Below are positions 28,750 through 40,670 of a DNA stretch of 64,000 nucleotides, one piece after another. The notes under the pieces are model-generated. The model saw nothing but the letters and a program-made list of their open reading frames with translations. It ran no database searches and was not told the DNA's origin. The stretch covers positions 100,504,001-100,568,000 of the forward strand of contig NC_045696.1 of the NCBI RefSeq assembly GCF_009834535.1. The letters are read 5' to 3'. The stretch comes from Camelus ferus (lineage: Eukaryota). A program made the translations under genes and the position numbers. Numbering within the stretch: position 1 is the stretch's first letter; every line of letters starts with the position of its first letter.

Positions 28750-29282
28750 GATACAAATATTTACACCAGAATATGCCGCTCCAAAATATGCCTCTTTGGC
28801 ATGTGAACTATTTTGAGCTAAAGGCAGTTGAGAAGCAGCAGATGCAAGAAAACCTCTAACATTGGGGCACAGATTTTCCTTTTGCCCATGAAATCCATTT
28901 GTACAGATGTCTTCTTCTTGTACCAAGAAAGGGAGGACTCAACAGCTCTTATCAATGGGGAAGGCACTGACTTAAATCTGTGTAACAAACTTTACTAAAA
29001 AAACCTTGTTTACCACACTTTTCCTGGGCACCTTCGAAACACTTGCCTCTTCTACCCAGAAGCCCCAGACCCCTTTTCCTTTGTTTAACACAAGACAGTA
29101 TGTAAGTCCAAGTTCTCACCACGCATTTTGGTTGTTCATCAGTGAGTGCTCTCAAATGCACATGTTAATAAACTGCTGTTTACTTTTCTCCTGTTCATCT
29201 GTCTTTTGCCTGTGTAATTTGCAGAGCCCAAACTGGAGAACCTAAGATGAGTAGAAGAGAGAGACATTTTCACCCCTCTACA
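28750..29282 (+). mobile_element. ERV1-class solo LTR (MER34-like)
   Basis: ccaaaatatgcctctttggcatgtgaactattttgagctaaaggc; AATAAA near 29167; ends cccctctaca; similar to 38192-38742. Confidence 0.75.
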
Positions 29283-29358
29283 ATATAAAGGACCAGTATG
29301 TAAGAATATTTACACAAGTGAGTGTAAGCTAATTCATTCTTATGCACATTATGCTTTT

Positions 29359-29494
29359 TTTTTTTTGGTGGGGGCAGGTATCAGGTTTATTTGTTTGTTT
29401 ATATATTTATTTATTTAATGGAGGTACTGGGGATTGAACCTGGGACCTGGTGCGTGCTAAGCATGCGCTCTACCACTGAGCTATACCCTCCCAC
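29359..29494 (-). mobile_element. tRNA-derived SINE, camelid vic-1 type, with 16-bp TSD
   Basis: Antisense A and B boxes (ggattgaacc; ccactgagcta); exact TGCACATTATGCTTTT at 29343-29358 and 29495-29510. Confidence 0.95.
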
Positions 29495-29734
29495 TGCACA
29501 TTATGCTTTTATTTAAAAATATATATGAACTATTTTCCTTATCAATACATGTAGGTCTTTCTCATGTTTTTCTCCCAATTGCATAGATCTATCATACTTT
29601 TTAAAACAATTCTTTTGTAGAATTTGAGGTTGTTTCATGGTTTTGCTATTATATAAAATATTGAAATGAGTATTTTAAACATAAATCTTTCTAGATTTCA
29701 ATTATGTCTTTTGTATGACAAATTAGTAGAATTT

Positions 29735-30396
29735 GTCAAATAATAGAATCTGGACTGAGCTATGAAGTTATTTTATTTGAAAAGGCTATTGCAATAGAGG
29801 GAAGGGGGCTATTTCAATGGTGGAGAGGATATTGCAGTAGGGAGGCATTTGTGACCAGAAGGTCTATGAGTGTCTCAAAGTTTAGACAGAAAGGGCTTTC
29901 TTTGTTAAGGAGGAACAGATCAAGCTAGAAAGAATTGGCCGTTGGGGAGTGGGATGAGGAGGAGGAGTCAAGAGAAAGATGATTGGGGAAGGTCTTTTCC
30001 TGAGATCAGTGGATTCACAGGAAAGGCCATTAAGAGGGATGGTTTTATATCCCAGTACTTGACATTCAGAGATGATTCAAGGCCCAAGATGATTCAAGGT
30101 TCAAAGATGATTCAAAGTCCAAGGGCTGTGGGAAGGGGGGAAGCCTGACTAAAGTATGCAGGTAAGTAGATATTTTGTCCAGATTGATCAATGAGAATCA
30201 GTAATTCAGCTAATCATTTATGTAACCAAATAAATGGGAATTTGGAGGGTCCTTGTCTGCCTTGTCTTGTCTAAGTCACATGGGGAAGGGTGTTACTTGC
30301 AGTAAGCCAATTCCCAGAATGCAAAAGGCTGGGAAGGTTTCTTACACTTCAGTATTTTCCGGGAGCACAAGGCTCTCATAAAGTTCAACACTGTCA
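29735..30396 (-). mobile_element. ERV1-class solo LTR (MER31-like)
   Basis: Minus strand starts tgacagtgttgaactttatgagagccttgtgctcccggaaaa, resembling the MER31 5' end. Confidence 0.65.
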
Positions 30397-30761
30397 AATT
30401 GTTGGTGTCAGGATATGTGTCTTTAAATTCTGATTGCTTGCTTGTTTGCTTGTTTTAATTTTGGCGATGTTCTTCCTTGGCATTTCTTCCATATGACCTT
30501 CATTCACTGCTTCATTTAGCTCTTTAATGTCTCGGACTATGCTCATCATTTCTTCAGTTAGATTTTAGTGTCATTAAGAGCAAAGATTGGCTTTTGTTAT
30601 TTCTCTTTATCTTCCATTGTATTCTCATTTACTGAATAATTATTTAACAAGTATGCATGTACATATATAGATACAGAGAACAGATAGATGTGCAAATATG
30701 CGTAAGAGAACAGAAAGCATTTAAATGCCTCTTCAGAACAGGATTTAAACTTGCTCTAGAA

Positions 30762-33700
30762 CATGTTTCTCAGCTGGGATTTTATTGAATTCTGGAGTTC
30801 CATGATTTATTACTACTAGTTCAGTGAAAGAACATGAGTGAAAAAGCAAAACAAAAACAAATACGCAAAACCTTATTTTTTGGAACTTCACAACCTACAC
30901 AATGCCTGCATGGCCATGTGGTGGTAGCCAGTGATTAAGCAGCCTTCTTAGCTATTTCTTTAGAAATCCTTCAGTCCTTCCTGTGTGGCAGTGAGTGGTA
31001 GGCTGGAATTCATTGGATTGAGTTCTCATTTTTTGCTGCGAGATAAGACAAGCCATTGACAATTTTTTTTTTTAAGTATAGTTGGTTTACAATGTTGTGT
31101 TTATTTCTGGTGTACAGGATAGGGATTCAATTATACATATGTATATTCCTTTTTATATTTGTTTTTATTATAGGTTTTATAAGGTATTAAATATAGTTCC
31201 CTGGCCTACACAGGACCTTGTTGTTTATCTGTTTTATATATAGTAGTTAGTATCTGAAAATTCTGAACTCCCAGTTTTCCATGTCTGTGAGTCTGTTTTG
31301 TAAGTAAGTTCATTTGTGTCTTTTTTTAGATTCAACATATGAGTGATATCATATGGTATTTTTCTTTCTCTTTCTGGCTTACTTCACTTAGTATGATGAT
31401 CTCCAGGCCCATCCATGTTGCTGAAAATGGTATTACTTTATTCTTTTTTATGGCTGAGTAGTATTCCATTGTATAAATATACCACATCTTCTTTATTCAC
31501 TCATCTGTCAGTAGACATTTAGGCTGCTTCCCTGTCTTGGCTGTTGTAAATAGTGCTGCTGTGAACATTGGGGTGCGTGTCTCCAACTCGAAAAGATACA
31601 AGCTATTGACAATTGCTGAAAGTACTAGTCTTCGGTTGATAGGGAGGAATAGAAGCTGATAACATCAGCCTGATTTACTTCCTTGGGTAGCTAAGTGACT
31701 CAAGGGAATAACAGACTCAACTAGGATAATAGAAAATCAGAGGGAAATGTCCAGTTCTAAAAAAGACACTTTTACTTATGTAGACTCTGCTTCTTCCCAC
31801 ATGCTTTGGTACTGCAAACATTGCAAAGTATGGATGGAGTAGGTTAGAAATAAATTATATTATGAATATTTATGTGCTTTTCAATATTTTCATTTTGCTA
31901 TTATTATACCCTCTGTTTATTAGTGTTATTGTTTTACAAACCTGTCTGACGATCCAATGTGACCATTTTTGGAAAAAAAAAGGGTGAGATGAAAGAGGAG
32001 GCTTCTATGCCTAGAACTGTTAACAATTCTGATAAGGTGTTTGATGAAAAATTACAATGTTTTGAGTCAATTTACTTAGCATAACAAAGACACAATACAA
32101 CCGTCTTCACACTGACAGGTACTTACCCATGGTACTGATAGACCAAATTGTCCAATTCCATTGTGCATGATCAGTGCAAGACAATTCACAAATACAGCAA
32201 TGGCTCCAGCAAAACTGAAAAGTCACTTACAAAAATTACAGTCATTTGACAAGTAATAATGCTGACTGTATTAAGTTAACTATTGGAATGTCAAAATAGA
32301 AGTTGAACTTCTGTTTAAAAACTTAAAATCATTGAAAAAGAGTTATTTAGTAGCAGAACTTACGGTCCAGAAGAGAAAAATTACACAGATGGCAAGGACC
32401 TAATAATGCCAGCGTACTGTGTTAGAGTGAGTAAAATACTCAGAGAATTTCCGTACAAGAACTGATTCAACTCCACTCTCAAACAGCTCCAGACGTTAAC
32501 ATATCCATGACATGTCAAAGAGAGCTTTTCTATCCAGGTTGATGAGTCAACCAATTTTCCCTAGTCAATGGTATGCCGTGGTGTGTGTAAGATTTGCTAG
32601 CGATGGTGAAATGCAAGAAATGTTTGCCTTCTGCAAAGAGCTGCCTGGAAAAGCAAAGGCTTAATGTTTTGCCTTCCTATCTGGAAACCAAAAGGCTGGT
32701 TTTTGGGAGCTGTGTTGGTAGCTGTGCTAATGTGTCTCATCCATGTTTGGCTCTATGAAAAGTTTGCTTCTCTTGTAACAGGAAACATTTCTGACATTGT
32801 CACAATGAACTGCTTTCTTCACTGATATATGCTGGTGTCAAAAATTCTTAAAGATGAAAGGAAAACATTCTAGTCACTGCTACAAAAGTGATTACCATTA
32901 GTTTAAAAGAACTACTACATTCACTCAAAAATGTTTAAAATTTGTGGGAAAACTTGAACAAGGACCACATACATCTTCTGTTTCGTCCAGAGGCAGTGGA
33001 TGAGTTCTCAACAGGGAATTCTGAGCCAAAAGGTGAGTTGTAGGGGTGCTTTCAAGAGAGTAGAAAAACAGCGATTGCTTAAGGCTTTGAAGATAATGAA
33101 TGGTTACAGAGAAAGCCTACTTGTCAGAAATTTTCCTCACACGAACCAGTTGCAAGACTCAAGAAAATGTGAGCCTTCCTTTCGAAATTCTCAATGTCTT
33201 CTCAATTTAAGTGAGAAGTCTCTTGGCTTTAAAAGAAAGCAGAATCTTTGGGAAAATCACATTGTAAAAGAAAATCTTGAAATGTCTCCACTGCTGAGCC
33301 AGAGAGTAAGAGAGACTATTAAGACTTATCAAAAATCTCCTGAAAGAACTCAGATCAAAATTAAATAGTACGTTTTTCTCCCTTTTCACACAAGTGTGTG
33401 ATTGGGTAGGTGGTCTTTTCTCTGAATTTTCTGTTAAACTTGGGAATTTGGCTTTGGGGAGAAAAAAGTAGAACTTTATGAGCTGTAGTCTGATCATGGA
33501 CTCAAGATGACATTTATTCTATTCTTTCCTTAGAAAAATTCAGGATTATATAAAAGACAAGTGTCCTGTCATTCACTACTTGGTGTACTTAGCATATATT
33601 TTGCTGTCATTTTCAAGTTCTTCCATGTACCAGCGAGTGCTTCCATGTTTAACAAGCCTCAAGAACATGGAAAGAATCTTCTCATTTCAGTTGAAAATAT

Positions 33701-33800
33701 CTCCATGCTTATCTTAGATTCAATCCAGAATTGAGTGCTGGTGCTTCAAAATACAAGCTACATTCTCACATTAAAGAAGAAAATTCCATTGTTTATTTTT
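30762..33800 (+). mobile_element. hAT-Charlie (Buster-like) DNA transposon fossil with degenerate near full-length transposase
   Basis: BED-finger-like PNCPIPLCMIS...AMAPAKLKSHL from 32143; FSIQVDESTN at 32526-32555; VRFASDGEMQEMFAFCKELP from ~32587; NCFLH*YMLVSK ~32808; HLLFRPEA ~32972; left end catgtttctca preceded by the Charlie-type target CTCTAGAA (30754-30761). Right boundary uncertain. Confidence 0.88.
31065..31597 (-). mobile_element. 5'-truncated L1 3' end inserted in the Charlie element, 17-bp TSD
   Basis: Poly-T, then antisense L1 3' UTR and ORF2 end; ACAAGCCATTGACAATT (31048-31064) vs ACAAGCTATTGACAATT (31598-31614). Confidence 0.92.
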
Positions 33801-33965
33801 AGTTTGACTATACTTTTGTATACATAAGCCTGTAAAAAAAGAGTAAGAAACCAACACACACGAACAATAATTTTGCAACTGCTAAGCCTGTATCAATGCC
33901 TTATTTTTTCTTTCAGAAAAAAGTGTCTTTCACTCATAGAATTGTATCATATGCTCTGTGTGTGC

Positions 33966-34126
33966 TATATATATATATATATTTACATATATATGTATAT
34001 AAATGATATATACTTACATATATAATGTTTATATCTGTATAAAAATATATGTAATGTTTGTATATATACATATATACATGCATACACATATACTATATAC
34101 AAAAACACACATAATATATATATATT
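33966..34126. repeat. Degenerate (TA)n / (TACA)n low-complexity tract
   Basis: Directly visible alternating TA runs. Confidence 0.9.
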
Positions 34127-34434
34127 TGGCTTATGGGGTTTATAGCTTTATTATTTAATGTTGCTATTAAAATTCTCATCTTTAATTAAAATCAATTTAA
34201 ATTTTTTATTTAAATTAAGTGTACCACGCTTAGAGAAATCAGTTTAGAGAAATTAAGTGTAATTTCGGCTTACCAGAGCTATTAACAGGTATTTATTATG
34301 TTTGTATTATGGGTTTTAAAATTATAAGAAAGAATAAGATACATTCCAAGAAAACATGCTAAACTTAAGTACCTATTTGTTAAAGGAAAGTTAATAAAAA
34401 GTCACTTTTAGTTTTAAGTGGGGAGTAGGAACCT

Positions 34435-37230
34435 TTGCAGATACCACATATCAAATACCATCCTCATTTTCCAGCATCTTGTAGAGTAGAAATTTGTGAT
34501 AAGGCTTTTAGATCTTCTTATCTCTTATCAGGAGGTTGGATTTATATTTCATGCCCTTGAACAATGAAGAGCTAGTGACAACAGCATAGTGATGCAGTGT
34601 GCTTTTTTTCAGACTAGATCATAAAATGCAGTATTTTTTTCTGCCTGATTGTCTTGATACACTCATTGTTTACACTTAGTCATTATGCCATGAGGAAGCC
34701 CAAGCAGTCTGGAAAGGAATCTAGATGGAAAGGAATATTGGCCCAAGCCTCACATCCCTGACTAAGTAGCCAGCTGTCTGCCAGCACCTACTTGCTGTTC
34801 CTACCAAGCTTTGCCCAATTGCCTATTTGTAAGCAAACAAAGGAGTGTTGTTATTTTAAGCCATTAAGATTTGAGTGCAGTAAGTTTCACAGAAATAAAT
34901 AAATGGAACAGATTGGGGTACTGGGAGTGGAATATTGCCATGACACAAATCTAAGAAAATGGCATTAGCTTTGTAACTATGGTAGGTGATGCCCAAGAGA
35001 ATTTCTAGTAAATTATTAATAAAAGCCTAATGGGAATTTGATGCAATGTTTGCAGTGAGGGCTTAAAGTAAAGTAAGGAAACTGTTGCTGAAGTCTTAAA
35101 GAAAAAGGACTTTTCTTATATAGTGGTAGCAAGTTTGGTGACACTGTCACCTGTAGTAGGGTAGACTGTGGAAAATGTACTTAGTGAACTCAATGATGTA
35201 GGTAAGAAAAACCTGAGGTGGAATATTAGAGTGCTGGTTTGCTTCTTATGCTTATAGCTGTCCAGAGGAAAATGCAAGAGGAGAGAAATGAGATTTTTTT
35301 TTTAAACTGTTAAATTTTTAGGGAAAAATTTCAAGGAAATAAAATGAACTAGGACTTCATGGTTTTGAAATGAAATCAGAAGACTGTTTTTCATTCCCAG
35401 ATGCCTCAGATAGAACACTATTCCAAAATTAAGAAATGGCTTCCAGGTAAAAAATCCCATACAGAGTAGACGTGTGAGATCCTAGAAAACTTCAGAAAAA
35501 AACATCTAAAGCATTGCTTTATAAACCTTTTCAGAGTCCCTCAGAAATATTTCAGGGCATGCCTAACAGAAGCTATTAAACAATAGGTCTCCTAGGAATC
35601 TTAAAGCCATTGTCCCACAGAAATTCCACATGGAGCAGAAGATATAGAAGGACTTACCTTAAAATATGGGAATAGCTTTTGTCTAATAAAGTGGATTATA
35701 AATTAATGGGCAAAATGTTTTTGAAGAAATTGTACCAGCTTGAATTGGAAATATCAAAAAAAGTACAAAATAAAAAAATGCCTTGGACTCACAAATGACT
35801 GTGGGCAGGGAGCAGGCAGAGAAAACTACCACACGACACAGATTGTTTCTTTTGGAAAGGAAGGGTGACTCAGAGAACAGAATCCGTAGTCAGAGGGTGG
35901 AGATAAGAGTTGCAGAGAAGAAGTCCCAGGCAGGAAGTCTGAGCCCTAATCAAGGAATTGACAACACACGCCTCTCTTTATTTCATAATTTTTATAGACT
36001 AATACTGCTGTGCCCTTCAAATTTCCCCCCTCTCTGAAAGAGAATGTCTGTAGCTGTTACCCTCTCCTAGTTGCCTAGCTCACCACTGGATGTGTGAGGT
36101 GGGTAAATTACTATTTCAGTTCGCAGCTCTCTAGATCAAAACGAAGAATATTCAAGAAACTATATTTGATACCATATATCACTTATATGTGATATCTAAG
36201 ACATGATACAAATGAGCTTATTTACAAAACAGAAACAGACTCACAGACATAGAAAACAAAGTTATGGCTACCAAAGGGGGAAGGGGGTGGGGGAGAGATA
36301 AAATAGGAGTTTGGGATTAGCAGGTACAAACTACTGTAAATAAAATAGATAAACAAGATCCTACTGTGTAGCACAGGGAATTATATTCAATGCCCTGTAA
36401 TAAACCATAATGGAAATAATATGACAATGAATATATATATATATTTCATTTTCTTATACATAACTGAATTATATATTTGTATAGTCATATATATGTGTAA
36501 CTGACTCACTTATCTGTACACGAGAAACTAGCCAAACATTGTAAATCAGCTGCATTTCAATAAAAATAAATTAATATAAGAAATAAGTTTTTTTGAGAAA
36601 CCTTATCCAAAATCTTCATTCATACCTGGGCCTGATGGAGATAAAAAAATTTCTGGACTTCAAGCTGATGCTGTAATGGGATGGGTCCAGGGGAAAAGGA
36701 GAACGTATTTTGCATGTGGGAGGGGACTGAAATTTTGTGGCCAGAAGAAGAACTGTAACATTGTATTTTCCAATAAACGGCTACCAAAACATCTTGCACT
36801 CCACACGCTCTTAATACAGTGTGAGTTTGATAGTTCTTCAACTGAACTCGTGGCTCCATGTCCTTCGTCCTTGTGTCGGGATGGCCTCTATACTGTGGTG
36901 AAAGTGACAATTTGTGATTTCAGAGGCTGGGTCATAAAATGTGACACTGCTTCTGCCTGCTTCTTTTGAGATATTTGCTCTGGGAATGCAGTCTCCATGC
37001 TGCTAAGAAAACCAAGCAGCTCAGGGAGAGGTCCTCAGAAGGGAACTGAGATATCTGGCCCCATCTGAGTGGCCCCTGACAAACAGCACCTACTCAGTTA
37101 GTCTTTTGAGTGAGCCAACTTGTAAGTGGCTTCCCCAGCCCCAGATGAGTCACCCCACTGGATGCTTCATGGGCACAGAGAAGAACTTTACTGAACTTGC
37201 CCAATTTGTAGAATTATTCAAGGATTCATC
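34435..37230 (+). mobile_element. MaLR (MLT1-type) provirus: 5' LTR ~34435-34910, internal 34911-36753, 3' LTR 36754-~37230
   Basis: LTR ends ...aaatggaaca followed by MaLR internal start gattggggtactgggagtgg; purine-rich ccagaagaagaac precedes TGT at 36754; the LTRs share motifs (tcataaaatg, atgcca/ctccatg...aagcag, cttgcccaatt). Confidence 0.75.
36169..36585 (+). mobile_element. L1 3' UTR fragment nested in the MaLR internal region
   Basis: ataccatatatcacttatatgtg, tttacaaaacagaaacagactcacagacatagaaaacaaa, tagcacagggaattatattcaa; A-rich tail. Confidence 0.9.
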
Positions 37231-38191
37231 CAAAATGAAAAAGAAAGAGAGATAAATTTGGCTCAGAAATAAAATTCCTGTTAGCTGTAAGGTGTTCATT
37301 TCTTTCTACCTTTTGGATCTGGTGACTCTTCCCAGGATTCTGATTGTGACAATTTCTTATTAAAGTGAAATTGTCTCCATCTCTTCAAGGACCCTGGATG
37401 CGATCTCTATTTACTTTAGATACAGTCCTATAAATGTAAGTGCTGAGTGAAAGTCAACAAAATAGAAATATCATTTTAAAAAAAATTAATTCTCTTAATA
37501 TTTTCAGTGTACATCTGATGGTCTTGAGAAGAAACAGAACTGACTTTCTAGAGTCCTACAACTATGGATTCTTTGGTATAAATAGACATCTTAAACAATA
37601 ATTAACCAAATACCTAGTTGTTCTCTGGTATAATGTACAATATTGTAAACTATTAGCACCTACTGTCTGACCTGAATTGCATACCAAATATTTGGAAGGG
37701 TGTTTTAGTAAAATGACATGAGATGAAAGTGTCAACCAATACATAGCTTAGAGCATTCCTGAAAGTAGGAGTCTACTCTGTAGTCTAAGGTCTGTTTTCT
37801 CTGAAAAAGTGAGAATGCCAGTTTTTCAGTGGAATTTGATATTGTGAGGATGCAAAAGTAATAAACAGTGGAACATATTTTCAAAATTACATTAATTATG
37901 TAAGGAGACCACTGGTGCAATTGTGTATCCTTATTTTCAGTGAATATATTCAATCTCACTGAGTTAATTCAATTTTATTTCATTACAGCCAGCTGCTAAA
38001 CTTTTTAGAATGTTGATTTCTTTCCAAGTGTAAAGGAAATTCTTGGCAAATCCACTGTTGCTTATTAAATTATGAAAGGTAGAAAATGAACCTTTATTGA
38101 AAATAGTCTGTAAGAACCTGTTTGCAAAATTGAGTGTAATTTCAAATTGTAACTGGAAACTCAGATTTAATGATGTTGAGGAAATAACACT

Positions 38192-38742
38192 TGAAGGGGT
38201 ACAGAACGTGCCACCCCCAAATATGCTACTTGGCGTGATGATTATTTTGAGCTGAAAGCAATCAAGATCTAGCAGACTCAGGAAAGGCTCTTCACCTCCA
38301 CCTTAACTACATAAAAGAAAGTACACATTTCTCTACTTGTGGGGGATATCTACATTTAAAGGGGAAATTTAAGTTAGAAATTTACATGTTTGTACCAGGG
38401 AGACAGCTATTCCCAGAGATCACTTTCATACCTGAAAAATTTATCTGCATGGCGGGGCAAACTTTGTTTACCATACACTTCCTCCTCTCACCTTCCATTA
38501 ATAGCTTCTCCCCACAATCCCCCACCTGTAACCCCAAATCCCACCCCTTTCCTCAGCTCAGGATGGCATATCCGTCTTAAATGTCCGGTCACCTTTTGAG
38601 TCTCATGTCTCTGTGAAGCTCCTATGTGTATGTATATAATTAAGTTTTTCTTTTCCTTGTTAACCTGCTTTACATCAAACTTAATTTCAGACCAGCCACA
38701 GAACCTAGAAAAATAAAAAGGAAAAAAATTTTCTCCCCCACA
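38192..38742 (+). mobile_element. ERV1-class solo LTR (MER34-like)
   Basis: TG...CA termini; starts tgaaggggtacagaacgtgccacccccaaatatgc; ends ttctcccccaca. Confidence 0.8.
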
Positions 38743-40169
38743 TACTATGCCACAAAAACCTCACTTGGGGGACACAGAAAAAAGTAACTTTTAGAATATA
38801 AGCCTCTTTCTCCTCCCCGTGGTAATGTGCGTGCAGAGAAGAATTTAGTAATACTACTTTACAGGAAAGGCTATTTCATGACTAAAAGTCAATTAGTGGG
38901 ACATTATTTCTATTATGCGTTTTTGGCTTAAAATGCAGTATTTCACATTTTTGACCTGAGTATTATAAAATGTTTAATATTTAGGAAATGCCTGCTTATA
39001 ACTTCAATCTTAAAACATTTAAGCTTTGCCTTTCTAATAATTGTCTTGGAATTTTAATTGATTTTATAATCAGTCTTTACTTTTTCCCTTTATTTTTGTC
39101 ACAACTTGTTGACATGTTATTTATATGGTCTTATTGTTTCCAAGCTTCTCTGGGTTTATTTTTTACCTATGATTTTTAAAGGCACATCTGGCAAAATATC
39201 CCACATACGATTTTTATAAAGCAAATCGTGGAATTTCAATATATGTGATGCAAATGAAATGTACTGGTAGTTATTTTTTTCATTGTACATAGGCTAATTC
39301 TATAACTGTAAAATAATATATTTAGATTAACATGTAGAAGAGATAAGCATTTATTAGTTTATTTTTATCTCTTCTTCGTAATGACATCCTTTAACTATGT
39401 CTAACTTCCTGGCTAAAATATGAATGTCAGAACTAAATATATAAGGAAATTAAAAACGGAGTTAAAAGTATAGGTGGCAAGAAGGAGTACATGAGAATTA
39501 TAATTAGTTCTTTTTATTATGTGAATCATCACAACACTAACTGTATTATATCATAGCATCATAGAGATTGCAAACTGCAGATTAACCAGTGACATAGCTC
39601 ACTTTCTTCTGTAAGGAACTGGACTGCAGACTTCTCTAGGATATTTTGTGACTTTGTTTAAGAGGCAAAAACAAACAAAAAGAGTGACTAAAATATGTTT
39701 AAAAGTTAAGAAATACAGTGAACTAATAGGTCTAATTTGTACATATTTTTCATTTAATTGCCTGGGTACATAGCTTTGGATTCTGTAAAGATTTGTGATA
39801 GTTACTAGACATTTCTAGTAAAGAAAAAATATTGAGAATTGTTGAATAGCCCTCTTATTGGGTGTACACATAACAACAGTTTAGTCACACAGAATAGCCA
39901 CATCAAAGACAAATTATGCTGTAAAATCTTGTTTGCCAATTTTCTCACAAGTACTGTGGAAGCAGCATTGCCCAAACACGCAGGCAACAATCGATAGTAC
40001 TTTTTGTCAGGGTCCTAAGTATCATGAATAGCTTGCAACTACCCATCAGGAAGTCCTTATTGAGCTTCTGAGTGGCGCATTTGTGCGTCCTTTTGCCCAA
40101 CTATTGTACAGATGTAAGGGAAGTAATAGGTTAGCCTTTTCAAAGTGTCCATGCTGGGCATTTAAAATA

Positions 40170-40670
40170 GATTACCTTTAATCCTCACAACAATCTCGTA
40201 AGGTAAGCATCATCATCAAAACCATTTTATGATGTAGACGCCAAAGCCTGTAAACATTGGAGAACACATCCAAAGCCACAGAGTTTGTCAGAGCCAGGAT
40301 TCCAACCGTTTCTTCTCTGATTCCAAAGCCTATGCTCTTTCCCCAACATCCTACTTCTTTAAGATGATGATGATGGTAATGATGATATGAAGATATGATG
40401 ATAACCGTTACAACTTTGTAAATGCTTGGTATTAACCACAGTGCTGAGCGCTTTGTATACTTTTTTTTTTCTATTATCTTACATTATCCCCTTAAGTCTC
40501 TCTGTAATAATAAAAGACTTAAAGGGTTTTCATTTAAATCCTCTATTATTATAGAGAAAAAAGACTGAGAGGTTAAGCAATTTGTCCCGAATCATGTGGC
40601 TCATAAGTGGACTAGGCAGGATTTAAGCGGTGACTCTGAGATCTCAGCTAAGGCCTTTAACATTTACACA
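40170..40670 (-). mobile_element. MIR fragments
   Basis: tttaatcctcacaacaatctcgtaaggtaag...ccattttat, gagccaggattccaacc, gagaggttaagcaatttgtcc. Confidence 0.7.

Noticed and set aside
33000..33368. 122-aa ORF as a possible domesticated transposase
   Set aside because: Lies within a heavily frameshifted Charlie fossil whose catalytic motifs are in other, broken segments.
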